Shown here piece after piece: positions 26,376 through 35,968 of a stretch of 64,000 bases of DNA; within the stretch, counting starts at the first letter, position 1, and every line of letters starts with the position of its first letter. This DNA is from a virus (Duplodnaviria; Caudoviricetes). The translations under genes and the position numbers were made by a program. Under the pieces are notes generated by a model. It searched no databases. It saw only the letters and a list, made by a program, of their open reading frames with translations, and was not told the origin of the DNA. The stretch lies in the IMG/VR virus record IMGVR_UViG_2687453145_000002, positions 1-64,000 of that record; one strand, written 5' to 3'.

Positions 26376-28379
26376 CTACTTTACAATTTCATATGGTTTA
26401 GCTTCATATTCTTTGTTGAGCGTACCATCGTATAGTGGGTCATCGTCACATCCGAACCAACCATATACATCGCCGGTTGAACTGAATGCAGAATAGCCAC
26501 ATTCATGTGGGATTATATTTGTTATATCACCTTTAATATCTCTAAAGTTCCCTCTTAATATTCTTCCTCCAATTTCTTTTCGGCCAACAGCAAAGAACTC
26601 GCTTGTGTTTTTGTTACTAATTGAGAACGCAAACGACGCTGAATTTGAAGTGAAGTTTTTGTATGCCCCTTTTCCAATAGCATTGTATAGGTTGCTCTGC
26701 CAATCTGGGTTTTCTCCAGCATCATAATTAACTAGATTTTCATCAGTTATCCACCAATAACCCCAAGTGGTCATATTACCGTTGCTATCAATACCAATAA
26801 AACCACCTTCATTACCATGAATGTCAGTTATAGTTTTATTTTGAATTTCATTGTCGGGCTCTACAGAGTACGTATTGCCCCCAGAGAAGCCTTCTCCCCA
26901 GGTGACTGCTTTTCCATCTTTTTGTAGGGCAGCAAATGCACCATCGCTTGCAACTACCTTTGTCACATTCTTCGGGGGCTGAATTGCAGTCCAGGTTGTA
27001 TCTTTGGTAAATCTGCCATTAATATATTCTCTTTTATGAAGACTATATTTGAATTCACCACCATGTGCAGGATCACCCCATACCACTACGTCACCATTTT
27101 TTTTCAGTGCAGCATAGGCCTCATTGTTTGAGGTGAGGTCTACAACACTATCCAACTCAGGAAGGTTATCTGCATAGCTTCCCCATACGTAGACATTCCC
27201 TGTGTTGTTCAAGACTGCCATGCTGTACTTATGATAGATACTCCCATGAGATACCTGTGTAGATATAGCTTTCTTAATACTTCCAACTGCCTTTGATGTC
27301 AGAGGGATATCTACACCGAAGCCATAGGCATTGCCATCATCTGTTAATGCTATGAATCCCTTACTGAGACCATATAGTGTAGTCACATGCCCTGATATAG
27401 CGATTTTTTCTCCTGGTTTGAATTCGCTTAAATTGCCCCAGAGATATACTTTGCCATCCTCGGACAGCGCCGTGAAAGCATAATCAGATGCTGCAATCTG
27501 TTTGATTTTCTTGCTGGTGACGAAATCAGGAGCATCTCCACCTTGCTTACGATTACCCCATGTTACGATCTTCCCATCTTTATCTAGAGCAACGAACGCT
27601 GATTTATTTGCCGATAGGGAAACAAATCTTCGGCTATCTACAGCATCGGCTGGTAGTAGTTTGGTTCGTGCTTCATTCAAATTTGACCCACTTGGAGCAT
27701 TCCAACTAATGATCCTCCCATCTGTCATGAGCATTGCATCACCAGATAGTGTTTTACGGTGAGTAACCGGAAAAGCTTTTTGGATAATTGTGTCGGATGA
27801 CTCTGTTTTCTGGCCTTTTGTGTTCTGCAAATAAGCTGTAATTTTTATTGGATGTAGGTGGTCGTCACCAGTAAGCTGGTAGTTACATGAATCACTTACC
27901 TTTTGTTCCTTGATCATCCATGAACATTTCAGTACTAGATCAGCAGTATCTTGTAGGCTTATCTTAGTTTTTTTGAAATCTATACTTTCGTAAGCCTTGA
28001 GGTATGAATTAGCTTCATAATTTTTGGGAGATACAAATAGATCAAATGCCGCATCTATTTTCTCGGCTGTGCCAGCTGAAACTTGGGTATCTGTATTACT
28101 AGGTTGTGGCACTACAGGCGTACTAGGTTGTGGCTGGCTATCATTATTGGTTTCAGAAGGAGCTGGATGATGTCCGTTCGGTACGAGAGAAGCTCCAGGT
28201 GTTGAAACACTAGGTGTATTTTCATTTAAATTTGTGTTGTCGGATTGTTCGTTATTTTGTGTGTTTTGGGCGGTAGTGGTATTGGTGTCTTTGTCATTTA
28301 ATTGCTTGTTATCATCGCCACCGCCACCACCACAGCCAAACATGATGGATGTAACTAGAACTGGTAATAACAATCTCAT
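26376..28379 (-). CDS. Lipoprotein with RCC1/BLIP-II-like beta-propeller repeats
   Basis: Lipobox MFGC + poly-Gly; repeats AF.AL..DG.V.TWG...GG. Confidence 0.8.
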   Translation of the reverse strand: MRLLLPVLVTSIMFGCGGGGGDDNKQLNDKDTNTTTAQNTQNNEQSDNTNLNENTPSVSTPGASLVPNGHHPAPSETNNDSQPQPSTPVVPQPSNTDTQVSAGTAEKIDAAFDLFVSPKNYEANSYLKAYESIDFKKTKISLQDTADLVLKCSWMIKEQKVSDSCNYQLTGDDHLHPIKITAYLQNTKGQKTESSDTIIQKAFPVTHRKTLSGDAMLMTDGRIISWNAPSGSNLNEARTKLLPADAVDSRRFVSLSANKSAFVALDKDGKIVTWGNRKQGGDAPDFVTSKKIKQIAASDYAFTALSEDGKVYLWGNLSEFKPGEKIAISGHVTTLYGLSKGFIALTDDGNAYGFGVDIPLTSKAVGSIKKAISTQVSHGSIYHKYSMAVLNNTGNVYVWGSYADNLPELDSVVDLTSNNEAYAALKKNGDVVVWGDPAHGGEFKYSLHKREYINGRFTKDTTWTAIQPPKNVTKVVASDGAFAALQKDGKAVTWGEGFSGGNTYSVEPDNEIQNKTITDIHGNEGGFIGIDSNGNMTTWGYWWITDENLVNYDAGENPDWQSNLYNAIGKGAYKNFTSNSASFAFSISNKNTSEFFAVGRKEIGGRILRGNFRDIKGDITNIIPHECGYSAFSSTGDVYGWFGCDDDPLYDGTLNKEYEAKPYEIVK

Positions 28380-28538
28380 TAATTATCCTCCATAGCTAAG
28401 GGATGGATAATTTAATCTTAAGATTAAATTGTGTAAAATATCATAAAACTAGGCGTTTCAAACTGTTTGCGGTTGATTAGAGAACTATTATTGAGGCTTA
28501 TATCCGTAGGCTTTCGGATAAGGATTTCTCTATCTGCC

Positions 28539-29816
28539 TCATTTCACAATAGGGAGCTCACCAAGCGCTGTTGTATATCTGGGGCTAAGGTTTTCTCGTT
28601 TCATCATCCATTCTCTGGAGTCCCGACCGCGGGCCGCGAAGTAGACCTTGCCCAGCCGACCATGATTGATCTTGTCGATAACTTGCATCAGCGCCTCGCT
28701 GCGCGGTGATTGCTGCTCCGCAGCGAATAGGTCTCCCTGCTGCATGTGGGTCGGTGTGAAGTCGGCCAGCATGACTCCGCCCTTCTGATAACGTTGCTCA
28801 TCGCGCCAGATCCGGGGAAGTAGTTGGGGGATCAGGGCCAGCAGCGCCCGGGTGTCATTCGTTGGCATGGCCAGCTTGGTGCTCACCTGGTTGCCGTAGT
28901 AGGGAGCCTTGTCGCTGAACGGGCTCGTGCGGATGAACAGGGTGACGTGACGGCAGCACATCCCTTCCCCCCGGAGCTTCTCAGCCGCCCGCTCCATGTA
29001 GCCGGCCAGTGCCTGGTGCATAGGGCCGATCTGGGTGATGCGCTCCCCAAAGCTGCGCGAGCAGATGATCTGCTGCTTGGCTTGGGCTTCTTGCTCCAGC
29101 TCGGCGCAGGGGATCCCCCGCAGCTCCTGCACAGTGCGTTCGACCACCACGCCATACCGGCGCTGAAGTGCCTTTGGGTCAGCGGCTACCAGATCGGCCA
29201 CCATCTTGATCCCCTGGGCTTCCAGCTTGGTGGTTAGCCGCCGGCCAATGCCCCATACCTCCTCGATCGGGGTTATGGCCATCAGCCTGGCGCGCCGCCC
29301 TTCATCCCGTAGATCCACCACGCAACCAGTGGCCGGCCACTTCTTGGCGGCGTAGTTCGCCAGTTTGGCCAGGGTCTTTGTAGGGCCAATACCCACCCCG
29401 ACGGTGAGCCCCGTCCACTGCAGCACCCGCTCGCGGACTTGGCGGCCATACTTCACCAGATCACCCGCCCATCTCTCGCTCAGCTCGATGAACGCTTCAT
29501 CGATACTGTATACCTCCACCGCCGGGGCCATCCCCTCCAGAATGCTCATCACCCGCTGGCTCATGTCACCGTAGAGCGCGTAGTTGCTGGAGAACCAGAT
29601 CCCGCCCATGGCCTCAAAGAACTGGCGGATCTGGAAGTAGGGGACCCCCATCTTGATGCCGAGCGCCTTGGCCTCCGCAGAACGGGCCACCACACAACCG
29701 TCGTTGTTGGAGAGCACGACGATGGGCCGCCCCTTCAAATCAGGCCGAAACAGCCGCTCGCAGGAGGCATAGAAGTTGTTCACATCGACCAGGGCAACAG
29801 CACTGTGTTTGTTCAT
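28539..29816 (-). CDS. umuC: DNA polymerase V subunit UmuC
   Basis: [35 protein letters not shown]. Confidence 0.97.
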   Translation of the reverse strand: MNKHSAVALVDVNNFYASCERLFRPDLKGRPIVVLSNNDGCVVARSAEAKALGIKMGVPYFQIRQFFEAMGGIWFSSNYALYGDMSQRVMSILEGMAPAVEVYSIDEAFIELSERWAGDLVKYGRQVRERVLQWTGLTVGVGIGPTKTLAKLANYAAKKWPATGCVVDLRDEGRRARLMAITPIEEVWGIGRRLTTKLEAQGIKMVADLVAADPKALQRRYGVVVERTVQELRGIPCAELEQEAQAKQQIICSRSFGERITQIGPMHQALAGYMERAAEKLRGEGMCCRHVTLFIRTSPFSDKAPYYGNQVSTKLAMPTNDTRALLALIPQLLPRIWRDEQRYQKGGVMLADFTPTHMQQGDLFAAEQQSPRSEALMQVIDKINHGRLGKVYFAARGRDSREWMMKRENLSPRYTTALGELPIVK

Positions 29817-30235
29817 GGGGTTGGCATCAGGTGCACGACACCGGTCACCACTCCGAAGATTTCCAGCTCCTGTCCCTCACTGAAATGGATGGGCCGATAT
29901 GCCCGGTTGCCAGGCAGTAGCGCTATCGAGGGCTCAAGCTGCAGCTCCTTCACTGTGAATTCGCCATCGACCGCGGCGACCACCACGCTGCCATGGCGCG
30001 CCTTGCGGCTGCGGTCCACTATCAGCAGGTCACCATCACGGATCCCGTGATCCACCATGCTGTCACCGGCCGCCCGAACGAAGTAGGTTGCCGCCGGGTG
30101 TGCGATGCAGAGCTGGTTCAGGTCGATGGTCTGCTCCACATAGTCCTGGGCGGGAGACGGGAAGCCGCAGGCGGCCGGGGAGAGGAACAGGGGGATTTCC
30201 AACGCCGGGGCGTCAAGGTCGGGAACTGCGTACAT
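29813..30235 (-). CDS. umuD: DNA polymerase V subunit UmuD
   Basis: CGFPSPA cleavage site, GDSM, FTVK. Confidence 0.97.
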   Translation of the reverse strand: MYAVPDLDAPALEIPLFLSPAACGFPSPAQDYVEQTIDLNQLCIAHPAATYFVRAAGDSMVDHGIRDGDLLIVDRSRKARHGSVVVAAVDGEFTVKELQLEPSIALLPGNRAYRPIHFSEGQELEIFGVVTGVVHLMPTP

Positions 30236-30253
30236 GTTTGGAACTCTATTGTG

Positions 30254-30269
30254 CTGTATATAAATACAG
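30254..30269. promoter_or_regulatory. LexA (SOS) box
   Basis: CTGTATATAAATACAG upstream of umuD. Confidence 0.92.
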
Positions 30270-30422
30270 TATAGCGATGCCCGTGGCGAAGATCACCGTG
30301 GAGCGATTGGCTCTGGATATGTTGGTCTTGCAGGTAGCGTCACAACCTCATGCTATGGTTTTGCAACAAGGTTCCAAATGGTGTTTAAATAGTGCGACTC
30401 TGATGTATATGTAAGGAAAAAC

Positions 30423-30581
30423 ATGATCTTGCTGAAAATCGTGGTGGCTTTACTGATGCTTGCCATCATTGCTGTCGGTTCTTATATGTGGGGTATCGTT
30501 GGATTTTTGGTCACTTTGGGCATGGCCATCGTTTTGAACGGGATGTTTAATCGCTGGGATGCGAAAATGTCAGCGAAGTAG
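30423..30581 (+). CDS. 52-aa two-TM membrane protein (not in ORF track)
   Basis: Hand-translated MILLKIVVALLMLAIIAVGSYMWGIVGFLVTLGMAIVLNGMFNRWDAKMSAK; TAAGGA RBS. Confidence 0.65.
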   Translation: MILLKIVVALLMLAIIAVGSYMWGIVGFLVTLGMAIVLNGMFNRWDAKMSAK

Positions 30582-30624
30582 CCATATCATCCTCATGAAC
30601 AATGCCGGGGTGCCGGAAGCCGAA

Positions 30625-31035
30625 ATGACTGAAGAAAAAACACTTTTATTGCTGCCCAGTTGGTTTTTCAAAAGGCAGCTCATTGTATCGATTTGCCTCT
30701 TCGTGGCATTCCCTGTTGCAATGACCATCATTCGACCACCAACAAATGATGTACCAATGGTTAACTGGCTGATCATTGTGGTGGAATTTCTAGTGCTAGG
30801 AATGCTGTACCCATACAGCCGGTATGCTGTTCAGCGAATCATTGACTACTGGCATGGGGATGAACATGTCGTCTATAACGCGTCAATAAAGAGCTCGTTC
30901 GATCGGAAAGTTGCAAAACTGATGGTGAGCTTGGTTTGCCTGCTGGTACTGGGACCGATGTGCCTCATCGTGCTTTTGGTGAAGCGCAGGAAAAAACGAA
31001 GGGGCCAAATATCTAGGGAGCCTGCTTCTGGTTGA
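30625..31035 (+). CDS. Three-TM protein resembling pore-forming colicin/pyocin immunity proteins
   Basis: 3 TM segments with LYPYSR motif. Confidence 0.5.
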   Translation: MTEEKTLLLLPSWFFKRQLIVSICLFVAFPVAMTIIRPPTNDVPMVNWLIIVVEFLVLGMLYPYSRYAVQRIIDYWHGDEHVVYNASIKSSFDRKVAKLMVSLVCLLVLGPMCLIVLLVKRRKKRRGQISREPASG

Positions 31036-31101
31036 ATCCCCGCCGCCCCAGCGTTAGTATTGCTCAAAGATGGCCAGAGTCCTTGTGACCCTGGCCTTTT
31101 T
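31032..31101 (+). promoter_or_regulatory. Late promoter/terminator unit 1 (before holin)
   Basis: TTGAAT-17-TAGTAT, CAGCGT before -10, GGCCAG..CTGGCC-T5. Confidence 0.75.
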
Positions 31102-31151
31102 CATTTCTGGCCCGCCTCGTGCGGGCTTTGTCGTTTCTGGAGGGGCGATGC

Positions 31152-31364
31152 ATGGGGAAAGAAGAAGATCTTGCGACGGCTGCGGCTGCCGCTGGGGTGG
31201 CAAAGAGCGCACCGCCGGTGGTGGTGTCCGGCATGACGCTGGCCGGGTATTCGCTCAATGACTGGGTGCTGGCCGCCACGTTGATGTGGATAGCTGTTCA
31301 GATGGGCTGGTTTATCTGGTCGAACATCATCAAGCCGCGCCGCCAGCAGGGAGGTGCAAAATGA
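31152..31364 (+). CDS. Holin
   Basis: Small TM protein directly before the endolysin. Confidence 0.75.
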   Translation: MGKEEDLATAAAAAGVAKSAPPVVVSGMTLAGYSLNDWVLAATLMWIAVQMGWFIWSNIIKPRRQQGGAK

Positions 31365-31852
31365 ACAAGGTCCGGATTGCCATTGCCGCGCTCAGCCTGA
31401 GTGCTGCGGGCTTTGTGGGGCTCCTGAATCGGGAGGGGTTTGAGCCGACGGCTTACCCCGACCCGGTACACGGCACCAAACTCCCCACGCTCGGCTTTGG
31501 GAGCACCGAAGGGGTCAAGATGGGTGACACCATCACGCCCGTTGCTGCGGTGAACAGGAGCCTTCGGGAGGTGCGGGTGTTCGAGGACGCCCTCAAGGCA
31601 TGCATCAAGGTGCCACTCCACCAGTATGAGTTCGACGCCTATGTCGAGCTCTCCCACAACATCGGCCCCGGCGCCTTTTGCCGTTCCACCATCGTGCAGC
31701 GTCTGAATGCTGGCGACTACCCGGGCGCCTGCGAGGCGATCCTGCTGTTCAAGCGTGCTGGCAAGCAGGACTGCTCGGCGCCAGGGAACCGGGTATGCCC
31801 CGGGCTCTGGAAAGACCGGCTGCGTCTCAATGCGAAGTGCAAGGGGGCGTGA
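31361..31852 (+). CDS. SAR-type lysozyme endolysin (GH24)
   Basis: N-terminal hydrophobic SAR segment; EG...YPD...T.G.G catalytic triad; NIG.GAFC.ST. Confidence 0.9.
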   Translation: MNKVRIAIAALSLSAAGFVGLLNREGFEPTAYPDPVHGTKLPTLGFGSTEGVKMGDTITPVAAVNRSLREVRVFEDALKACIKVPLHQYEFDAYVELSHNIGPGAFCRSTIVQRLNAGDYPGACEAILLFKRAGKQDCSAPGNRVCPGLWKDRLRLNAKCKGA

Positions 31853-32406
31853 TGGAAGTGACTCCGCAGAGCAAGGTGCTGCCGTTCCTGGCTGGTGCCT
31901 TGGTGATAGCCGCCCTGGCTGGCGGTGGTGCGGCGCTCTACTGGTCCGGTCATGCTGCTGGGGAGGAGGGGGAGCGCAATACCTGGCAGGCGAAGTGGAA
32001 TGACGAGGCCGCCCGCCTCGCTACTGCCAGGACCAAGGCCGAACAGGAAGCGCGCGAGGAAGAGCAGCGCCGGCAGGCTGAAATCGATGAGGTGAGAGAC
32101 CATGCACAAGAACAGATCGCCCAAGCACAAGCTGATGCCGCTGCTGCTGGCGTTGAGTCTGGCCGGCTGCGCGAGCAAGCCCGCCGCCTGGCAGCCCGAG
32201 CAAGTCAGTGCGCCAGCCATTCCAGCACTCCCCAAGGAAGCCCGGCAGCCGAACAGCCTGCCGTGGTGCTCGCCGACCTGCTCAGCCGGGCTGACGAAAG
32301 AGCGGGTGAGCTGGCAGCAGCATATGACCGAGCTCGAGTATCAGGACTAGCTTGCGAGCTGGCCTATGACTCCCTGCGTACCGCAACCATGACACCCCGC
32401 CCATAA
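31852..32406 (+). CDS. Rz: Rz-like inner-membrane spanin (DUF2514-like)
   Basis: N-terminal TM, coiled coil, DRARVSGLACE. Confidence 0.85.
   Translation: MEVTPQSKVLPFLAGALVIAALAGGGAALYWSGHAAGEEGERNTWQAKWNDEAARLATARTKAEQEAREEEQRRQAEIDEVRDHAQEQIAQAQADAAAAGVESGRLREQARRLAARASQCASHSSTPQGSPAAEQPAVVLADLLSRADERAGELAAAYDRARVSGLACELAYDSLRTATMTPRP
32102..32350 (+). CDS. Rz1: Rz1-like outer-membrane spanin embedded in Rz
   Basis: Lipobox LAGC, Pro-rich, in an alternative frame inside Rz. Confidence 0.8.
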   Translation: MHKNRSPKHKLMPLLLALSLAGCASKPAAWQPEQVSAPAIPALPKEARQPNSLPWCSPTCSAGLTKERVSWQQHMTELEYQD

Positions 32407-32440
32407 CGGCGGGGTTTGTTTTTCTGGGGAAGGGGAGGAG

Positions 32441-32629
32441 GTGATGCAGATGAATTGGAACAGTGAAGTGGTAAGCGGTATCGATGTGACTGGGGTTATC
32501 ACCCGTGTGGAGCACTACGATGGAGCCGAGGCAGTGGTTGTCCTTTCCTCTGGAGTATCTGTGGTGGTAGCTGCAGCCCACAAGCCGGTACCCGGCGATA
32601 TCATCGTTGAAGGTGAGCTATCTATCTAA
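32441..32629 (+). CDS. Small hypothetical protein
   Basis: GGAGG RBS; abuts terS. Confidence 0.6.
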   Translation: MMQMNWNSEVVSGIDVTGVITRVEHYDGAEAVVVLSSGVSVVVAAAHKPVPGDIIVEGELSI

Positions 32630-33505
32630 ATGGCAAAGACCGACTGGGCACAGCTCAATGCAGAGTTCCTGCAGGAGCATGAAGCGACAGGCATCAGTGC
32701 GAAAGACTGGTGCGACAGCCGCGGCCTGAACTACAACTCGGCGCGTCGCTATTTGAAATCTCGGGGGCAATCCGCTGCGCAACCTGACAAATCTCGCGTA
32801 GCTGCGCAATCTGCGCATTCCGAAGTGCGCAAAACTGCGCAGTCTGCGCAAAGTGCGCAAGCCAAAGGGAATGAGGGCAAGGCCAAAGGGGGAGAGGGAA
32901 GAGGTGGAAGGTCCTCCGCATCCCCACACACCTCGGCAGACTCAGCCCAGAACCCGAAAACAAACGGCCGGGACAGCAGCGGGCGTTTCACCGAGGGCAA
33001 CCCTGGCAACCCCAACCCGGTCACGAAGTGGAAGCCAGGCGACCGGCCGGCACTGACCCACGGTGGTTACGCCAAGTTCCTCGATGCGGAGGAGCTGTTC
33101 GACCAGGCCCGCGAGCTGCAGCTGCGTGATGAGCTGGAGTTCACTCGGGCGCGCGTTATCTCCGTCACCCAATTGCTCAAGGGGCTGCAGCAGGACCTAG
33201 TCACGGCCACCGAGATGACCGACCGGATAGCGCTCTACGACAAGATCCTGAAAGCCGAACAGGCCCTCGACCGCAACATCCAGCGGATCGAGTCTATCGA
33301 GCGCACCCTGAGCGCCCTGATGGTTGATGCCGTTAACGTTCCCAAGATAGAGGAGGACACCCGCCGCATCCGGGCGGCAACTCGCAAGCTGACTGCTGAG
33401 GCCGACCGACTCGAGAAAGATGGCGGCAGCGAGGCTACGCCGGTGAGCGAGATGGTTTCCGAGCTCCACGACATGGGTACAGGGGGACTGATGAGTGGCA
33501 GCTGA
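32630..33505 (+). CDS. terS: Terminase small subunit
   Basis: N-terminal DW...HTH, GRF..GN and ALTHGGYA motifs; position. Confidence 0.8.
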   Translation: MAKTDWAQLNAEFLQEHEATGISAKDWCDSRGLNYNSARRYLKSRGQSAAQPDKSRVAAQSAHSEVRKTAQSAQSAQAKGNEGKAKGGEGRGGRSSASPHTSADSAQNPKTNGRDSSGRFTEGNPGNPNPVTKWKPGDRPALTHGGYAKFLDAEELFDQARELQLRDELEFTRARVISVTQLLKGLQQDLVTATEMTDRIALYDKILKAEQALDRNIQRIESIERTLSALMVDAVNVPKIEEDTRRIRAATRKLTAEADRLEKDGGSEATPVSEMVSELHDMGTGGLMSGS

Positions 33506-33544
33506 ATCTGGTAGCATGATGAATCCAATGCTTGGGAGCATCTT

Positions 33545-34210
33545 ATGGAAGCGGATAAAGATTTAGAGCAGCAATATCGAAAGAATCTGATGATTGTAGC
33601 TAGTGTGGTTTTTGTTTATTCCATAGCTGGCGGACAGATGGGAAATGAACTAAGTCTATTAAGCGCAAAACTTACCTTCAGTCACCCAGTATTGCTTGAA
33701 TATGCAATGGTGATAATAATGTGCTTTTTCTGGTGGCGCCATAGACAAGTTTCATACAATATTAGGCGTGATTTTGTAAAGAAAGTATATGGCAATCTTA
33801 TTATACCTAAATGGGTTTACAGGAGATTGATGCGTGAAGGGACTAAGCATATCGAACCTATATATTACGAAGGCCCTGATAGGGTGGAGATACATGCGCC
33901 TTTAAGGCCATTTTGGGATGTTCCTGAGGAGGTGGGTATCTTGTGGTTGTCAGGAGGGGTGCGTTCTGCTGATATTATTGCATATTCTTTGTATGAAAAT
34001 GAATCGACAGACAACCTGCTTAGTGATATAAAAATTAAGATGTCTTGGTTGATGAGATTCTGCTTATGTATGGCATATACACGCTCATTTATCATGATTA
34101 GTTATAAAAAGACTGAGTTTGGCGATGGCGTATTACCTACGATATTTTTTGCTATTGCCTTGGGTGGCTGGGTTATAAATCATTTTCAGCTTATTCATAT
34201 AGCTATGTAG
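33545..34210 (+). CDS. Low-GC membrane protein moron between terS and terL
   Basis: TM segments, AT-rich, own terminator at 34232-34253. Confidence 0.7.
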   Translation: MEADKDLEQQYRKNLMIVASVVFVYSIAGGQMGNELSLLSAKLTFSHPVLLEYAMVIIMCFFWWRHRQVSYNIRRDFVKKVYGNLIIPKWVYRRLMREGTKHIEPIYYEGPDRVEIHAPLRPFWDVPEEVGILWLSGGVRSADIIAYSLYENESTDNLLSDIKIKMSWLMRFCLCMAYTRSFIMISYKKTEFGDGVLPTIFFAIALGGWVINHFQLIHIAM

Positions 34211-34231
34211 CTTGGCCATATTCATATAACT

Positions 34232-34253
34232 AACCCGCTTCGGCGGGTTTTTT
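34232..34253 (+). terminator. Intrinsic terminator
   Basis: AACCCGC-TTCG-GCGGGTT followed by T run. Confidence 0.85.
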
Positions 34254-34270
34254 ATTGCCTAAGATCCCCC

Positions 34271-35968
34271 ATGACCGAATTCGACATCTCCGCAATGACT
34301 GAGCAGGAGCAGATGGCTTACATCCGCTCGAAGCTCAGCGATAAGTGGTGGCGGATGAACAACCTCTACATGATCGAGAACGAACAGGGCCAGCTGGTGC
34401 GCTTTCGGTTGCGCCCGGCGCAGGATCTGCTGTTCAAGACCATGTGGTGGCTGAACATCATCCTCAAGGCACGACAGCTTGGGTTCTCCACCGCCATCGA
34501 CATCTATCTGCTGGACGAGGCGCTGTTCAACAAGAACATCAAGTGCGGGATCATCGCCCAGGACCTGACGGCTGCCGGCGAGATCTACCGCACCAAGATT
34601 GAAGTCCCGTTCGATAACCTGCCGGGCTGGCTCAAGGCCCAGTTCAAGGTGGTGACCCGGCGGGGCGGGGCGAATGGCGGACACATCCTGTTCCGGCATG
34701 GCTCCAGCATCCAGGTGGCTACCTCGTTCCGGTCCGGTACCGTCCAGCGCCTGCATGTCTCCGAGCACGGGAAGATCTGCGCCAAGTATCCCGAGAAGGC
34801 CAAGGAGGTGCGTACCGGTACCCTGCAGGCAATCCACCCGGGCGCCGTGGCCTTCATCGAATCAACAGCGGAAGGCGTGGGCGGCGACTTCCATGCCATG
34901 AGCATGAAGTCCCTCGAGCTGGCCCGGGCCTCCGGTGAGCTCAGCCAGCTCGACTGGAAGTTCCACTTCTTCGCCTGGTGGCAGGACCCCAAGTATCGTG
35001 CCGACGTGCCGGCATCCGGCGTGGTGATGAGCAAGACCCAGGCGGAGTATTTCGCCGCGGTCGAGAAGGCGATGGGTTGCACCATTACCGACGAGCAGCG
35101 GCAGTGGTACGTGCTGAAAGAGTCCACTCTGGGCGCCGAGATGAAGCAAGAGTTCCCCAGCACGCCGCTGGAGGCCTTCCTGACCTCTGGGCGCCGGGTG
35201 TTCGACCCCATCCATACCATGGATGCAGAGGGCGATTGCATGGCCCCGCTCATCGTCTACGACATCGACCCGGTCACTGGCAGGCGTGAGAAGGCCCGCA
35301 AGCCAGAGAAGCTGGACGAGCGTGGCCAGCGCTCCCTCGAGAACATGTTGCTGGTCTGGGAGTTGCCAGACCCCGACGAGGATTACGCCATCGGCGCCGA
35401 CGTGGCGGAAGGGCTGGAGCACGGTGACCGTTCAAGCCTCGATGTGACTGCCAAGAGCGACGGACGGCAGGTGGCCCACTGGTTCGGGCACCTCGATCCC
35501 GGGTTGTTTGCCCAGCTGCTGGCCCACGTCGGCCGCTTCTATGGTACTGCAGAGCATGGCCCGGCCTACATCGGCCCGGAGCGCAACAACCACGGTCACG
35601 CCGTGCTGCTCAAGCTCCGTGAAATCTACCCGACCCGGCGGATCTACACCCAGGAGCACCTCGACCGGGACCGCGACGACGAGACGCCACGCCTCGGCTG
35701 GCTCACCACCCGGCAGTCCAAGCCGATCTTGGTTGATGGCCTCAAGGCCCTGCTGCGTGCTGGGCAGTCCGGGATCCGCTGGATAGGCACCATTCACGAG
35801 GCAACCACCTACGTCTACGACAAGAGCGGCAGCATGAACGCCCAGGACGGCTGCTACGACGACCAGCTGATGAGCTACATGATTGCCCAAGAGATGCGCG
35901 CCCGGATGCCGGCCCGCATCGTCAAATCCGAAACCTCCCGCAAACCCAAGCACTGGATGGCCAACTGA
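34271..35968 (+). CDS. terL: Terminase large subunit
   Basis: ILKARQLGFST Walker A, LHVSE Walker B, ESTAEG, IGADVAEG, DD nuclease motifs. Confidence 0.93.
   Translation: MTEFDISAMTEQEQMAYIRSKLSDKWWRMNNLYMIENEQGQLVRFRLRPAQDLLFKTMWWLNIILKARQLGFSTAIDIYLLDEALFNKNIKCGIIAQDLTAAGEIYRTKIEVPFDNLPGWLKAQFKVVTRRGGANGGHILFRHGSSIQVATSFRSGTVQRLHVSEHGKICAKYPEKAKEVRTGTLQAIHPGAVAFIESTAEGVGGDFHAMSMKSLELARASGELSQLDWKFHFFAWWQDPKYRADVPASGVVMSKTQAEYFAAVEKAMGCTITDEQRQWYVLKESTLGAEMKQEFPSTPLEAFLTSGRRVFDPIHTMDAEGDCMAPLIVYDIDPVTGRREKARKPEKLDERGQRSLENMLLVWELPDPDEDYAIGADVAEGLEHGDRSSLDVTAKSDGRQVAHWFGHLDPGLFAQLLAHVGRFYGTAEHGPAYIGPERNNHGHAVLLKLREIYPTRRIYTQEHLDRDRDDETPRLGWLTTRQSKPILVDGLKALLRAGQSGIRWIGTIHEATTYVYDKSGSMNAQDGCYDDQLMSYMIAQEMRARMPARIVKSETSRKPKHWMAN

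Noticed and set aside
32102-32350. Overlapping gene as a novelty
   Set aside because: Standard Rz/Rz1 embedded spanin architecture
32790-32865. TGCGCA repeats in terS
   Set aside because: They encode an SAQ/SAH low-complexity linker; a packaging-site role cannot be supported from sequence alone
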